A stretch of 24,000 nucleotides of DNA, from assembly GCA_036488995.1 (NCBI GenBank), contig DASXGQ010000025.1, positions 1-24,000 of the forward strand. Direction: 5' to 3'. Of the stretch, positions 1-7,965 are shown one piece after another. Source of the DNA: Caulobacteraceae bacterium (lineage in GTDB: Bacteria > Pseudomonadota > Alphaproteobacteria > Caulobacterales > Caulobacteraceae). Numbering within the stretch: the first letter of the stretch is position 1; each line of letters opens with the position of its first letter. The notes below the pieces were generated by a model, which saw only the letters and a list, made by a program, of their open reading frames with translations, searched no databases and was not told the DNA's origin. Both the position numbers and the translations under genes were made by a program.

Positions 1-2607
1 CAGGCGGTCCACGATCGCAAGGCCCAGCCCCAGGCCGCGGCCCCGTTCGCGGGCGGCGTTGTCGATCTGATGATACGCCTCGAAGATCGCCGGCAAGTCC
101 GCCGGCGCGATGCCGATCCCCGTGTCCCAGACTTCGATGGCAAGCTGGTCTCCGCGCCGCCGGCAGCCGATCAGGACTTTTCCGGTCTTGGTGTACTTCA
201 GAGCGTTGGAGACGAGATTCCGGATCACCTGTTCGAGCAGGCGAGGATCGCTCCGGATCGACCGCCGGCAGGGGACGATGCGCAGGTCGAGCTTTTGGGA
301 TTGCGCCTGCAGGCTGAACTCGGTCTGGATCCGCCGCAGGACGTCGTCGATCACGAAGCTCACCTGGGTCGGGCGGACCACGCCGGCTTCGATCTGATTG
401 ATGTCGAGCAGGGTGTTGAGCATGCCGGTCATCAGGCCGACGGTCTGCTCGAGGCGGGCGACCAGCCCCTTGGCCCGGTCATCCAGGGCCGTTCGCGAAA
501 GCAGCCCTTGAATCAGCGCGAGCGACTGGAGCGGCTGGCGCAAGTCATGGCTCGCCACAGCCAGGAACCGCGACTTGGCGGCGTCGGCGTGCTCGGCCTT
601 CGCCCTCGCCGCTTGCAGCGCATGTGCGGCTTGCCTGGCTTCGGTGACGTCGGTGAAGGTGATGATCACGCCCTCCACGCCGTTGTCGAGCGTCCGGTAG
701 GGCAGGATCCGCCTGGTGAAACAAAGCCCGGTCGTGGTTTCGATGTCCCGCTCGACTGGCGCGCGGCTGTGCAGAACCGCGAGGGCGTCCCCGGCAAGGG
801 CGAGATCGGGGGCCAGCGAGGAGAGATCGGCCAGGGGGCGGCCGATATCTGAGGGGATGACGTTGAACAATGATCTCGTTGTGGGCGTGAAGAACCTGAT
901 ATTCAGGCCCACATCCAGAAATAACATGGCGAGATCTGTGCTGTAGATAATATTCTGAAGATCGTTGGAGGTTGTCTTGTGTTTCTCAAGTGACTCTTGT
1001 AGCTGACTGTTTAGCGCGGTCAATTCCTCGTTAAGAGATTGCAATTCTTCCTTGGAGGTGAGGAGTTCTTCGTTCGTGGACTGGAATTCCTCGTTGATGG
1101 AGAGGGCCTCTTCATTGATGGCCTTCTGCTCTTCGCTCGAGAGTTCAAGGCTGCGGACGGCGGCCTGAAGCTCGGTTCGGCTCGCGTCCAGCTCGGCTTC
1201 GAGTGCGGCGACACGGGTGGCGTCTGCCCCGATCTGCGTGGCCCCACGCCTCTGCTCCGGCGACGGTTGTTCGACGAAGCTGATCAGAAGCAGGTCTTCG
1301 CCCTCGCTCGTGACGGGCTGGAGGTCGAGGCTGAAGTGGACGGTCCCGCCTGCGCCACTGACCGAGCACCCGCCGACCGTCTGGCGCGAGCCGTCGCGGC
1401 GAGCCTGTTGGATCGCAGAGCGCATCTTGCCGCGCAGGCCCTGTGGCGTCAGGGCGATCAGGTCATGGGTGGGCGCACCCGGCGGTACGCGCAGGTAACG
1501 GTCGGTCGGGCCAAGCAGGTGGAGGCACTCGCTCTTGGCGTTGATCAGAACCGCCGCCGGCGCGTAGGTCTCCATCACCATCCGGCGGGCCAGTTCGGCG
1601 AGCACCGTTTGCCGCGCGGGCTGGGGAGGCCTTCCCGCCCGGGCCGGGACACGCAGTCCGTCCGGCGCGTTGATCGCCGCGGCGAGGTCGCCAGGGCGGC
1701 TTCGGCCGACGTGCCGGTACAACCGGTCGGATTTCGAGATCGCCGTGAAGCGATCCTCGGCGTCGCCGATGGTTTCGGCGCTGCCGAGCAGGAGAGCGCC
1801 GCCCTGGCGAAGCGAGAAATGGAACAGGGCGATGGCCCGGGCCTGCGCTTCGGGCGTCAGGTAGATCAGGAGATTTCGGCAGCTGATCAGGTCGATGCGT
1901 GAGAACGGCGGATCGACAAGCAGATCCTGAACGGTGAAGACGATCGCCGAGCGCAGTTCGGGGGACACCCGGTAACCGGCCTCTTCTCTCGAAAAGAAAC
2001 GCGCGAGCCGAGCGGCCGACACATCGGCGGCGATCGTCTCCGGGTAGAGCCCGTCGCGGGCGATCGCCACCGCGTCGGGATCCACGTCCGAAGCGAAGAT
2101 CTGGAGCTTCAGGTTCGACCTTGCCGCCGTGAGCGCCTCGCGCAGCAGCATGGCGATCGAATAGGCCTCTTCCCCCGTGCTGCAGCCGACGACCCACACC
2201 CTCAGGCTCTGATCTGCCGGATGTTCGCGCAGCATGTCCGGAATCGTCGTTTCGGCGAGTTGCTGGAAGACCATCGGGTCGCGGAAGAACGACGTGACGT
2301 TGATCAGCAGGTCCTTGGCCAGCAGATCGACCTCATCCTGGCTCGTCTCCAGGAGATCGAGATATTGCCCCATGTCCCCTGGATCGAGCGCCGCAAGCGA
2401 CATGCGCCGCTCGATCCGCCGCCGTAGCGTACCGCTCTTGTAGAGCGTGAAGTCGTGGGCGGTCCTGCGTCGCAGGAGATCGACGATGCGTGGCGTCCAG
2501 TCGGCGTCTGTCGCGAGGGGGCCCGGCTCCCGAATTTGCAGGCGCTTGCTGCAGGTGACGGCCGAATGGCGCCAACGCCGCCGGCATGTCCGCGATTGAC
2601 AGGACAT
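1..2607 (-). CDS. CheR-type methyltransferase / coiled-coil / PAS / HisKA-HATPase_c sensor kinase. This is the downstream part of a CheB-CheR-fused signalling protein, and its 3' end runs off the window.
   Basis: I checked every in-frame triplet: the minus-strand frame has no stop between 2682 and 1. It is absent from the ORF track because it runs off the edge. The translation shows: CheR motifs DLLRRRTAHDFTLYKSGTLRRRIERRM, LLINVTSFFRD and RVWVVGCSTGEEAYS; coiled coil EELLTSKEELQSLNEEL; PAS-like DLQNIIYSTDLAMLFLDVGLNIRFFTP; H-box FLAVASHDLRQPL; N-box VIRNLVSNALKYT; G-boxes WDTGIGI and GRGLGLGLAIV. 2607 is only the first in-frame ATG. The real N-terminus is probably the CheB ORF upstream (see the frameshift finding). 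Confidence 0.85.
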   Translation of the reverse strand, partial: MSCQSRTCRRRWRHSAVTCSKRLQIREPGPLATDADWTPRIVDLLRRRTAHDFTLYKSGTLRRRIERRMSLAALDPGDMGQYLDLLETSQDEVDLLAKDLLINVTSFFRDPMVFQQLAETTIPDMLREHPADQSLRVWVVGCSTGEEAYSIAMLLREALTAARSNLKLQIFASDVDPDAVAIARDGLYPETIAADVSAARLARFFSREEAGYRVSPELRSAIVFTVQDLLVDPPFSRIDLISCRNLLIYLTPEAQARAIALFHFSLRQGGALLLGSAETIGDAEDRFTAISKSDRLYRHVGRSRPGDLAAAINAPDGLRVPARAGRPPQPARQTVLAELARRMVMETYAPAAVLINAKSECLHLLGPTDRYLRVPPGAPTHDLIALTPQGLRGKMRSAIQQARRDGSRQTVGGCSVSGAGGTVHFSLDLQPVTSEGEDLLLISFVEQPSPEQRRGATQIGADATRVAALEAELDASRTELQAAVRSLELSSEEQKAINEEALSINEEFQSTNEELLTSKEELQSLNEELTALNSQLQESLEKHKTTSNDLQNIIYSTDLAMLFLDVGLNIRFFTPTTRSLFNVIPSDIGRPLADLSSLAPDLALAGDALAVLHSRAPVERDIETTTGLCFTRRILPYRTLDNGVEGVIITFTDVTEARQAAHALQAARAKAEHADAAKSRFLAVASHDLRQPLQSLALIQGLLSRTALDDRAKGLVARLEQTVGLMTGMLNTLLDINQIEAGVVRPTQVSFVIDDVLRRIQTEFSLQAQSQKLDLRIVPCRRSIRSDPRLLEQVIRNLVSNALKYTKTGKVLIGCRRRGDQLAIEVWDTGIGIAPADLPAIFEAYHQIDNAARERGRGLGLGLAIVDRL

Positions 2608-3253
2608 GGTCCACCGCGCCCGTCGCGATCGCGCTCCTTGGCATTCCGTCGTGGGCGGCCTCGAGGGGGTCCTGAGCGATGATCAGGCCACCCTTCTCAC
2701 GCACGGCCCTGAGGCCCAGGCTGCCGTCTGCGCCAGTTCCGGAGAGGACGATGCATACGGCGCGCGAACCGAAGGCGTCGGCCAGCGACCGCAGAAGGTA
2801 GTCGAACGGCAGCCTGGCGCCATGTCGGGCCTGCGGCTGCGAAAGACGGAGTGCGCCCTTGGCTGCAGACAGATAGGTCCCCGGAGGGATGACGTAGACA
2901 CGGCCGGGCGCGATCCGCACGCCGTCGATCGCCTCGCTGACCGGCATGGCGGTATGCTCGGCAAGCAGGCTCACCATCATGCTCGGGTGTGTCGGATCCA
3001 GGTGCTGGACGAGAATGAAGGCCGCCCCGGAGTCCGGCGGGAGCGCGCGCAGCAGCCTGCTCGCGGCGTCGAGTCCGCCCGCCGAGGCGCCGATCCCGAC
3101 GACCGGAAACGCCTCGGTCGCGGGCTTTCCCGCTCCAGACGACGCCGGATCTGCGCTGCGATTGGTTCTGGTGAGATGTTGGCGCCGTCCCGCCACGGGA
3201 GGCTCTTTTCTGCAGACGGAGCCCTTCGAGGGAGCCCGGCGTGACCCTATCAC
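2333..3253 (-). CDS. CheB-type methylesterase domain ORF. It is the upstream part of the same fused gene, and its last ~60 codons look out of frame.
   Basis: ORF track 306 aa, GTG start at 3253. CheB-like segments: FPVVGIGASAGGLDA, ILVQHLDP, CIVLSGTGADGSLGLRAVREKGGLIIAQDP, HDGMPRSAI. After ...GRHLQQAPANSGAGPP the translation becomes Arg/Pro-rich nonsense until the stop at 2333. Confidence 0.8.
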   Translation of the reverse strand: MIGSRRAPSKGSVCRKEPPVAGRRQHLTRTNRSADPASSGAGKPATEAFPVVGIGASAGGLDAASRLLRALPPDSGAAFILVQHLDPTHPSMMVSLLAEHTAMPVSEAIDGVRIAPGRVYVIPPGTYLSAAKGALRLSQPQARHGARLPFDYLLRSLADAFGSRAVCIVLSGTGADGSLGLRAVREKGGLIIAQDPLEAAHDGMPRSAIATGAVDHVLSIADMPAALAPFGRHLQQAPANSGAGPPRDRRRLDATHRRSPATQDRPRLHALQERYATAADRAAHVACGARSRGHGAISRSPGDEPG

Positions 3254-3372
3254 TTCAGCGGCACAGATACGATGATGATCCCCTCAACGGGGGCTGAGTA
3301 GTTTCCGACGATAGCCTTGACGATTGACGCGCCTATGGTTTCGCCGGCCGTTCACGGGAGTGAGACCAGAAG

Positions 3373-3756
3373 ATGGACAGGCTGCGCATACTGGTCGCGG
3401 AAGACGATGCGCTCATCGCCATGCTCCTCGACGACGTTCTGACCGAAATGGGACATGAGGTCTGTGCGACCGAGTCCACCCAGGCCGGTGCGGTGGCGGC
3501 GGCGGCCCGCTGCAGCCCCGATCTGATGATCGTCGACGCCCGGCTCGGCGGGGGCAGTGGCGTTCTCGCCGTCGACGAGATCCTGAAAAGCGGCTTCATT
3601 CCCCATGTCTTCACCAGCGGAGACATCGCCGCGCTTCGAGAACTCGAGGGCCGCGCGATCGTGATCGAGAAACCCTTCCACGCACCCCAACTCGCCCGCG
3701 CGGTGACGATGGCGATGGAGCCGGGGCTCGGGCGCCAGCCGACGTCGCCCGCATAA
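3373..3756 (+). CDS. single-domain response regulator (CheY-like receiver)
   Basis: 127 aa. RILVAEDDALIA ... DLMIVDARL (phospho-acceptor Asp context) ... VIEKPF: canonical receiver layout with no output domain. Divergent from the CheB/CheR kinase gene. Confidence 0.9.
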   Translation: MDRLRILVAEDDALIAMLLDDVLTEMGHEVCATESTQAGAVAAAARCSPDLMIVDARLGGGSGVLAVDEILKSGFIPHVFTSGDIAALRELEGRAIVIEKPFHAPQLARAVTMAMEPGLGRQPTSPA

Positions 3757-3838
3757 CCCGTGTGGCCGGTCACCTGGATTCCGCGGTCCACCCGCTCTGC
3801 CAACAAAGAGCAGGGACGTATCTTAGGAGTTTGCGGCG

Positions 3839-4444
3839 TCACGCTCGGCCCTTGGCGAGCACTCCGGCGACCGTATCCCGCGCGTGGAGCAGGACAGATC
3901 TGTGCTCCTCTGCCGAGACCTCGACAAAGCCCAATCCTCGCAGCAGGAAAATTCCTTCGACAGCCAGCAGGGCGTTGCGGACCTCATGCGCCTCGCCCGA
4001 CTCCGCTAAGAGTGGATCGAGCAGCGCACGGTAATAGCGTCGCGCTGGCTCCATCATATCGGGGGCGTGCACTAAGGCGGTTACCAGGAAAGCCGCCTTG
4101 CGCGTCGCCGCGTCGTCTTCATCGAGCGCTTCCTCAATGTGGGCCAGGACCAGTTCGAAAGGCTTGACTGGCTTGCCGTCGAGCCGCCGGCCGACCGCCT
4201 CTTGAAAGCGCGCGACTTCGCGCTCCAACGCCGCGCGGACCAACCCATCCTTGGTCGCGAAGCTATAGACGAGACCGCCCTTGCTGATGCCCGCCCGCCC
4301 AGCGACGGCATCGAGCGTGAAACTTCGGCCTCGGGAATCGAGGATCACGCTCTCGGCGGCATCCAGAATCCGATCCCGGTCAATTTCCTTCTTACGCGTC
4401 AAACCTAGTCCCTTGCTTTTCCGACCGGCCAGTCGCATAACCAT
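3839..4444 (-). CDS. TetR/AcrR family transcriptional regulator
   Basis: N-terminal HTH region RDRILDAAESVILDSRGRSFTLDAVAGRAGISKGGLVYSFATKDGL followed by a helical C-terminal domain. The track ORF extends to 4537, but I prefer ATG 4444 (MVMRLAGRK...), preceded by GGAA. The start is uncertain. Confidence 0.85.
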   Translation of the reverse strand: MVMRLAGRKSKGLGLTRKKEIDRDRILDAAESVILDSRGRSFTLDAVAGRAGISKGGLVYSFATKDGLVRAALEREVARFQEAVGRRLDGKPVKPFELVLAHIEEALDEDDAATRKAAFLVTALVHAPDMMEPARRYYRALLDPLLAESGEAHEVRNALLAVEGIFLLRGLGFVEVSAEEHRSVLLHARDTVAGVLAKGRA

Positions 4445-4580
4445 TTCCGACTGGACGGTCGGATTACCACGGCGGGGTGCGCCGTGGAAGCCGGCCTCTC
4501 CGTTAGTGTTCGTTGAACAATAGTGACGAGTTTGCACCTCTTAGCCGGCAAAAACTCAACAGTGGAGGGTCAGTAGAAAC

Positions 4581-5012
4581 ATGAACGACAATTTGCCTGC
4601 AGCAACCTTCGGACATTTTGTCATGAAAGTTAATGATATTGATCGCAGCTATCAATTTTATACAAAACTCGGTTTGCGTCCATTTGGCAAATTTCCAGAC
4701 TTGGCAATTATCGAATTGCGGGGAGGGGCACACATTTTGCTTTTTGGAAAGAATGATAAATTGCCACCTTCGCTAAATTCTAGCCAACTTGGCCAGCGCG
4801 GCGCTTCTTTTAACGAGCGACTCGACTTGATGATTGACGGTAACTCTAGGAGCGATCTGGAATCGTACAGGATGAATTTAATAAACAAGAGATTGTCGGT
4901 AGATGCAATTGCTCAAGACCAAATTTTTGGTCACGACTACTTCCAGTTGGTCGATCCTGATGGCAATGGCATAACGGTATATACCAGCCACACGGGAGAG
5001 TTATCAGTCTAG
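4581..5012 (+). CDS. VOC (glyoxalase / bleomycin-resistance / dioxygenase fold) family protein
   Basis: 143 aa. FGHFVMKVNDIDRSYQFYTKLGL ... HDYFQLVDPDGNGITVY is the typical beta-alpha-beta-beta-beta VOC signature. GGAGGG lies about 11 nt upstream of the ATG. Very low GC compared with the flanks. Confidence 0.8.
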   Translation: MNDNLPAATFGHFVMKVNDIDRSYQFYTKLGLRPFGKFPDLAIIELRGGAHILLFGKNDKLPPSLNSSQLGQRGASFNERLDLMIDGNSRSDLESYRMNLINKRLSVDAIAQDQIFGHDYFQLVDPDGNGITVYTSHTGELSV

Positions 5013-5016
5013 GTTC

Positions 5017-5094
5017 TGTTGACGAAGTGCCTGTTAGGTCCGGCCAGCCATGCTGACGGGCGATCAGGTGATTTGGGATTCCACTTCGTCAACA
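5017..5094. repeat. 13-bp perfect inverted repeat with a 52-nt spacer, between the convergent VOC and desaturase genes
   Basis: TGTTGACGAAGTG at 5017-5029 and its exact reverse complement CACTTCGTCAACA at 5082-5094. Confidence 0.8.
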
Positions 5095-5098
5095 CGAC

Positions 5099-6259
5099 CT
5101 AGTCCGCCGCGGGACGGCGGATCTCGCGGAACGCGATCAGTCGGCGGCTCGTCTCGTCCCAGAGCGCGAGCCGCACGCTCTTGATGCTGTCGCGAAGACT
5201 GAGGCGACCGCAGGCCTTCAGCTGCGGATGATCGTGCAGCACCTCGGCCAGCCGGTAGAAAGGGATGCGGCTGTTCAGGTGGTGGACGTGGTGCACGCCG
5301 ATGCTCGCGGAGAACCAGCGCAGCACCGGTGGGAGGTCGTAATGGGAGCTGCCCCACAGCGCCGCCTCGTCCCGGTTCCAGGCTTGCTGTCGCGCCCAGG
5401 ACGTCTGTTCGAACTGATGCTGGACGTAGAAGAGCCATACGCCGATGGTTGCGGCCAGTAGCAGGGTGGGGCCCTGCACGAGCAGGAAGGGCGCGGCTCC
5501 AAACAGCCACGCGCCCCCCGTCAGGAAGGCGGCGATCGTCAGGTTCGTGCTCATGACGCTGACCCACGGTCGCCACCCCGCCCGCATGAACCCGATCGGA
5601 AGCCTGTTTTGCAGGAGGAATACGAAGGTCGGAGCGAGGCCGAACAGGACGGACGGGTGCCGGTAGAGGCGGTAGAGCCATCGGCGGACTGGCGGTAGCG
5701 CAAGATACTCCCGCACGGTGAGCACGTGGATCGCCCCGGGGCCGCGTCGGTCGAGGTTGCCGGAGGTTGCGTGGTGGACGGCGTGGGTGCGCCGCCAATG
5801 GTCATAGGGGGTCAGGGTGAGAACCCCGATCGCTCGTCCGATCCAGTCGTTGACGGTGCGGTTGCGGAAGAAGGCGCCGTGACCGCAGTCATGCTGGATC
5901 ATGAACAGGCGGACCAGGAATCCGGCGGCCGGGACCGTCAGCAGGACGGCCCACCACCAGCCGCGCTCTAGCGCCAACCAGGCGATAAGCCACAAGGCTG
6001 CGAGGGGCAGGGCCGTAATGGTAAGTTCCCGCGCGCTGCGGCGGGCATCGGGGCTGCGATATCTGATCAAGCGTCGGGCCCATTCGCGGGCGCCGTTCAC
6101 CCCCTGGAAGGTATGCGGTGCGGGCTCAGGGGCGGTGTCATCGGGCCGGATACTCCCGGCCTCCAGCGGCGTAACACCGCTGGAGGCTCCCGCGACCGCT
6201 CCCCATTGTTGCCGGACGACCTGGCGCGTTGGCGTAGGGCGATTGAAATCTGTGGACAC
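5099..6259 (-). CDS. membrane fatty acid desaturase family protein
   Basis: 386 aa. Three histidine boxes (HDCGH, HWRRTHAVHH, HHVHHL) with hydrophobic spans between them. Confidence 0.9.
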   Translation of the reverse strand: MSTDFNRPTPTRQVVRQQWGAVAGASSGVTPLEAGSIRPDDTAPEPAPHTFQGVNGAREWARRLIRYRSPDARRSARELTITALPLAALWLIAWLALERGWWWAVLLTVPAAGFLVRLFMIQHDCGHGAFFRNRTVNDWIGRAIGVLTLTPYDHWRRTHAVHHATSGNLDRRGPGAIHVLTVREYLALPPVRRWLYRLYRHPSVLFGLAPTFVFLLQNRLPIGFMRAGWRPWVSVMSTNLTIAAFLTGGAWLFGAAPFLLVQGPTLLLAATIGVWLFYVQHQFEQTSWARQQAWNRDEAALWGSSHYDLPPVLRWFSASIGVHHVHHLNSRIPFYRLAEVLHDHPQLKACGRLSLRDSIKSVRLALWDETSRRLIAFREIRRPAAD

Positions 6260-6278
6260 GTCGTCAGCCCGCGGAGCT

Positions 6279-7118
6279 TCAGCTGATCAGGCTCGGGCTT
6301 TCGGGCAAGGCGGTGGTTTGTCGGACGCCGGCGCCGTTGGTCTTGGTGGACGCGGCGTCCATGATCTCGAGGAAGGGCTTCACGATGTCGAGCGGCATCG
6401 GGAAGATCACTGTGGAGTTCTGCTCCGCGCCGATTTCGGTGAGGGTCTGGAGGTAGCGCAGCTGCATGGCCGCCGGGACGCTGCCCAGGATCATGGCGGC
6501 GTTGACCAGCGTCTGGGAAGCCTGGAATTCGGCCTCCGCGTGAATGATCTTGGCCCGGCGGTCGCGCTCGGCCTCCGCCTGCTTGGCGATGGCGCGGACC
6601 ATGTTCTCCCCGAGTTCGACGGTGCGGATCTCGACGTTGGTGACCTTGATGCCCCAGACCTCCGTCTGGACGTCGACAATGGCCTGGACGTCCGCGTTCA
6701 GCTTCGTCCGCTCCGACAGCATCTCGTCCAGTGCGTGCTGCCCGAGCACTGAGCGCAGGGTGGTCTGGGCCAGCATGATCGTAGCGTTGAGGAATGCCTG
6801 TACGTGGATGACGGCGGCTTCCGGGTCGACGACCTTGAAGTAGAGCACCGCGTCGACCTTCATCGACACGTTGTCCTTGGAGATGACGTCCTGGGTCGGG
6901 ATCTCGATCACCTGAACCCGCAGGTCCACTCGCACCATTTGCTGAATCATCGGAATCAACAGCACCAAGCCAGGTCCCTTGACCTTGTCGAATCGGCCCA
7001 GGGTGAAGACGACTGCTCGCTCGTACTCGCGTAATATCTTTATCGCGAGCGTCAGAGTGGTCACAGCCAAGAAAATAAATAGTGGAAGGAGATACATGTA
7101 GATCGTCGACATAGTCAT
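6279..7118 (-). CDS. SPFH / band-7 (stomatin-like, slipin) membrane protein
   Basis: 279 aa. N-terminal TM ([21 protein letters not shown]), then [13 protein letters not shown]...[10 protein letters not shown]...[11 protein letters not shown]...[11 protein letters not shown]...WGIKV..VEI...[23 protein letters not shown] 7118 is preceded by GGGAGAGA. Confidence 0.9.
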   Translation of the reverse strand: MTMSTIYMYLLPLFIFLAVTTLTLAIKILREYERAVVFTLGRFDKVKGPGLVLLIPMIQQMVRVDLRVQVIEIPTQDVISKDNVSMKVDAVLYFKVVDPEAAVIHVQAFLNATIMLAQTTLRSVLGQHALDEMLSERTKLNADVQAIVDVQTEVWGIKVTNVEIRTVELGENMVRAIAKQAEAERDRRAKIIHAEAEFQASQTLVNAAMILGSVPAAMQLRYLQTLTEIGAEQNSTVIFPMPLDIVKPFLEIMDAASTKTNGAGVRQTTALPESPSLIS

Positions 7119-7278
7119 TCTCTCCCGGGGCGCGAAACGATCGCGCGTGTCCGGCGCCTGTGGGCGAAAAGCTAGGCGGACGAGGCGGCTTTGGGCAGGC
7201 TCGGAAACTACTCAACGCGCGCTTCTGTGGCGCGCGGAGGCTGAGCCCAGCATCGTGTCGATGTACGAGTCGCAAGCT

Positions 7279-7306
7279 CCCGCCGACCCTCGAAAGGATC
7301 GGCGGG
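7279..7306 (-). terminator. stem-loop immediately downstream of the BON gene stop
   Basis: CCCGCCGA (7279-7286) pairs with TCGGCGGG (7299-7306), with a 12-nt loop, starting 9 nt after the stop. There is no U-tract, so activity as an intrinsic terminator is uncertain. Confidence 0.35.
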
Positions 7307-7314
7307 TCGTTCGG

Positions 7315-7965
7315 CTAGCTGATCGTCAGATCGTTCTGCACCGCCATTGCGCCCGGCGAATTCCAGGCGACGGCGCCGGCAATCGCTTTGGCATGAGGCG
7401 AGTGGACAGTCCCGGTCAGCTTGACCTTACCCGAAACTGCGGTGACCAAAATGGAGTCCGGTCGCGTATACCAGGACCTCTTCAGCGCAGACTGGATTTC
7501 TGCGCTCATGGCGGCGGCGCCGACCCGGGGCTTCAGCACAATCAGGCTGGTCACGCCGGTTACGCCGTGCAGGTGTTGGACCTCGAGTTCGACGGCCTCT
7601 TTTTGAAAGTGCCACTGCACCTCGCCCGAGAGGGTGACGTGCCCGTTCTCGACCTTCACCCCGATGGCGTCCTTCGGCGCCGAAACGTTCCAGGCGAGAC
7701 GATTGGCGATTGCGGCGGCGATCTGCTCGTCGGTCCGTCCACTGCTCGAGGGAAGCTTGACCTTGATCTGTTCGACCACGGTCCGGACGCCCTGCACCCG
7801 TCGCGCCGCTCTCTCCGCGGCATTCCTGCTCATGAAGTTGTCGACGTAACCGGAGAGCGTGACGACGCCTTCCTTGGCGGTCACCGCGATGTGGTCGGCG
7901 GTCACGCTCGGCTCCCACTTCAGTTCTTCAAGCACGTTCATTTGTAGATCGCTGTCATGCGACAT
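7315..7965 (-). CDS. BON domain protein (OsmY-like, three BON-like segments)
   Basis: 216 aa. Three repeats of the BON pattern: VTAKEGVVTLSGYV, VKVENGHVTLSGEV and VTAVSGKVKLTGTV. GGAG lies 6 nt upstream of ATG 7965. Confidence 0.9.
   Translation of the reverse strand: MSHDSDLQMNVLEELKWEPSVTADHIAVTAKEGVVTLSGYVDNFMSRNAAERAARRVQGVRTVVEQIKVKLPSSSGRTDEQIAAAIANRLAWNVSAPKDAIGVKVENGHVTLSGEVQWHFQKEAVELEVQHLHGVTGVTSLIVLKPRVGAAAMSAEIQSALKRSWYTRPDSILVTAVSGKVKLTGTVHSPHAKAIAGAVAWNSPGAMAVQNDLTIS

Noticed and set aside
850-1110. A locally AT-richer stretch inside the kinase gene that could suggest an insertion or a repeat element.
   Set aside because: It encodes the conserved coiled-coil/PAS junction (EELLTSKEELQSLNEELTALNSQLQESLEKHKTTSNDLQNIIYSTD...). 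The composition is explained by Glu/Leu/Asn/Lys/Ser-rich protein sequence, and the reading frame is uninterrupted.
70-1902. Plus-strand ORFs 70-852 and 1039-1902 (260 and 287 aa).
   Set aside because: They are in-phase antisense to the kinase/CheR frame, which shows H-box, N-box, G-box and CheR motifs. Their own translations have no recognisable features.
5064-7947. Alternative-frame ORFs overlapping the desaturase, SPFH and BON genes (e.g. 5064-5798, 5901-6752, 6097-7275, 7147-7947, 7427-7918).
   Set aside because: Each overlaps a gene with strong family motifs in another frame or strand. Their translations are Arg/Pro/Gly-rich with no domains.
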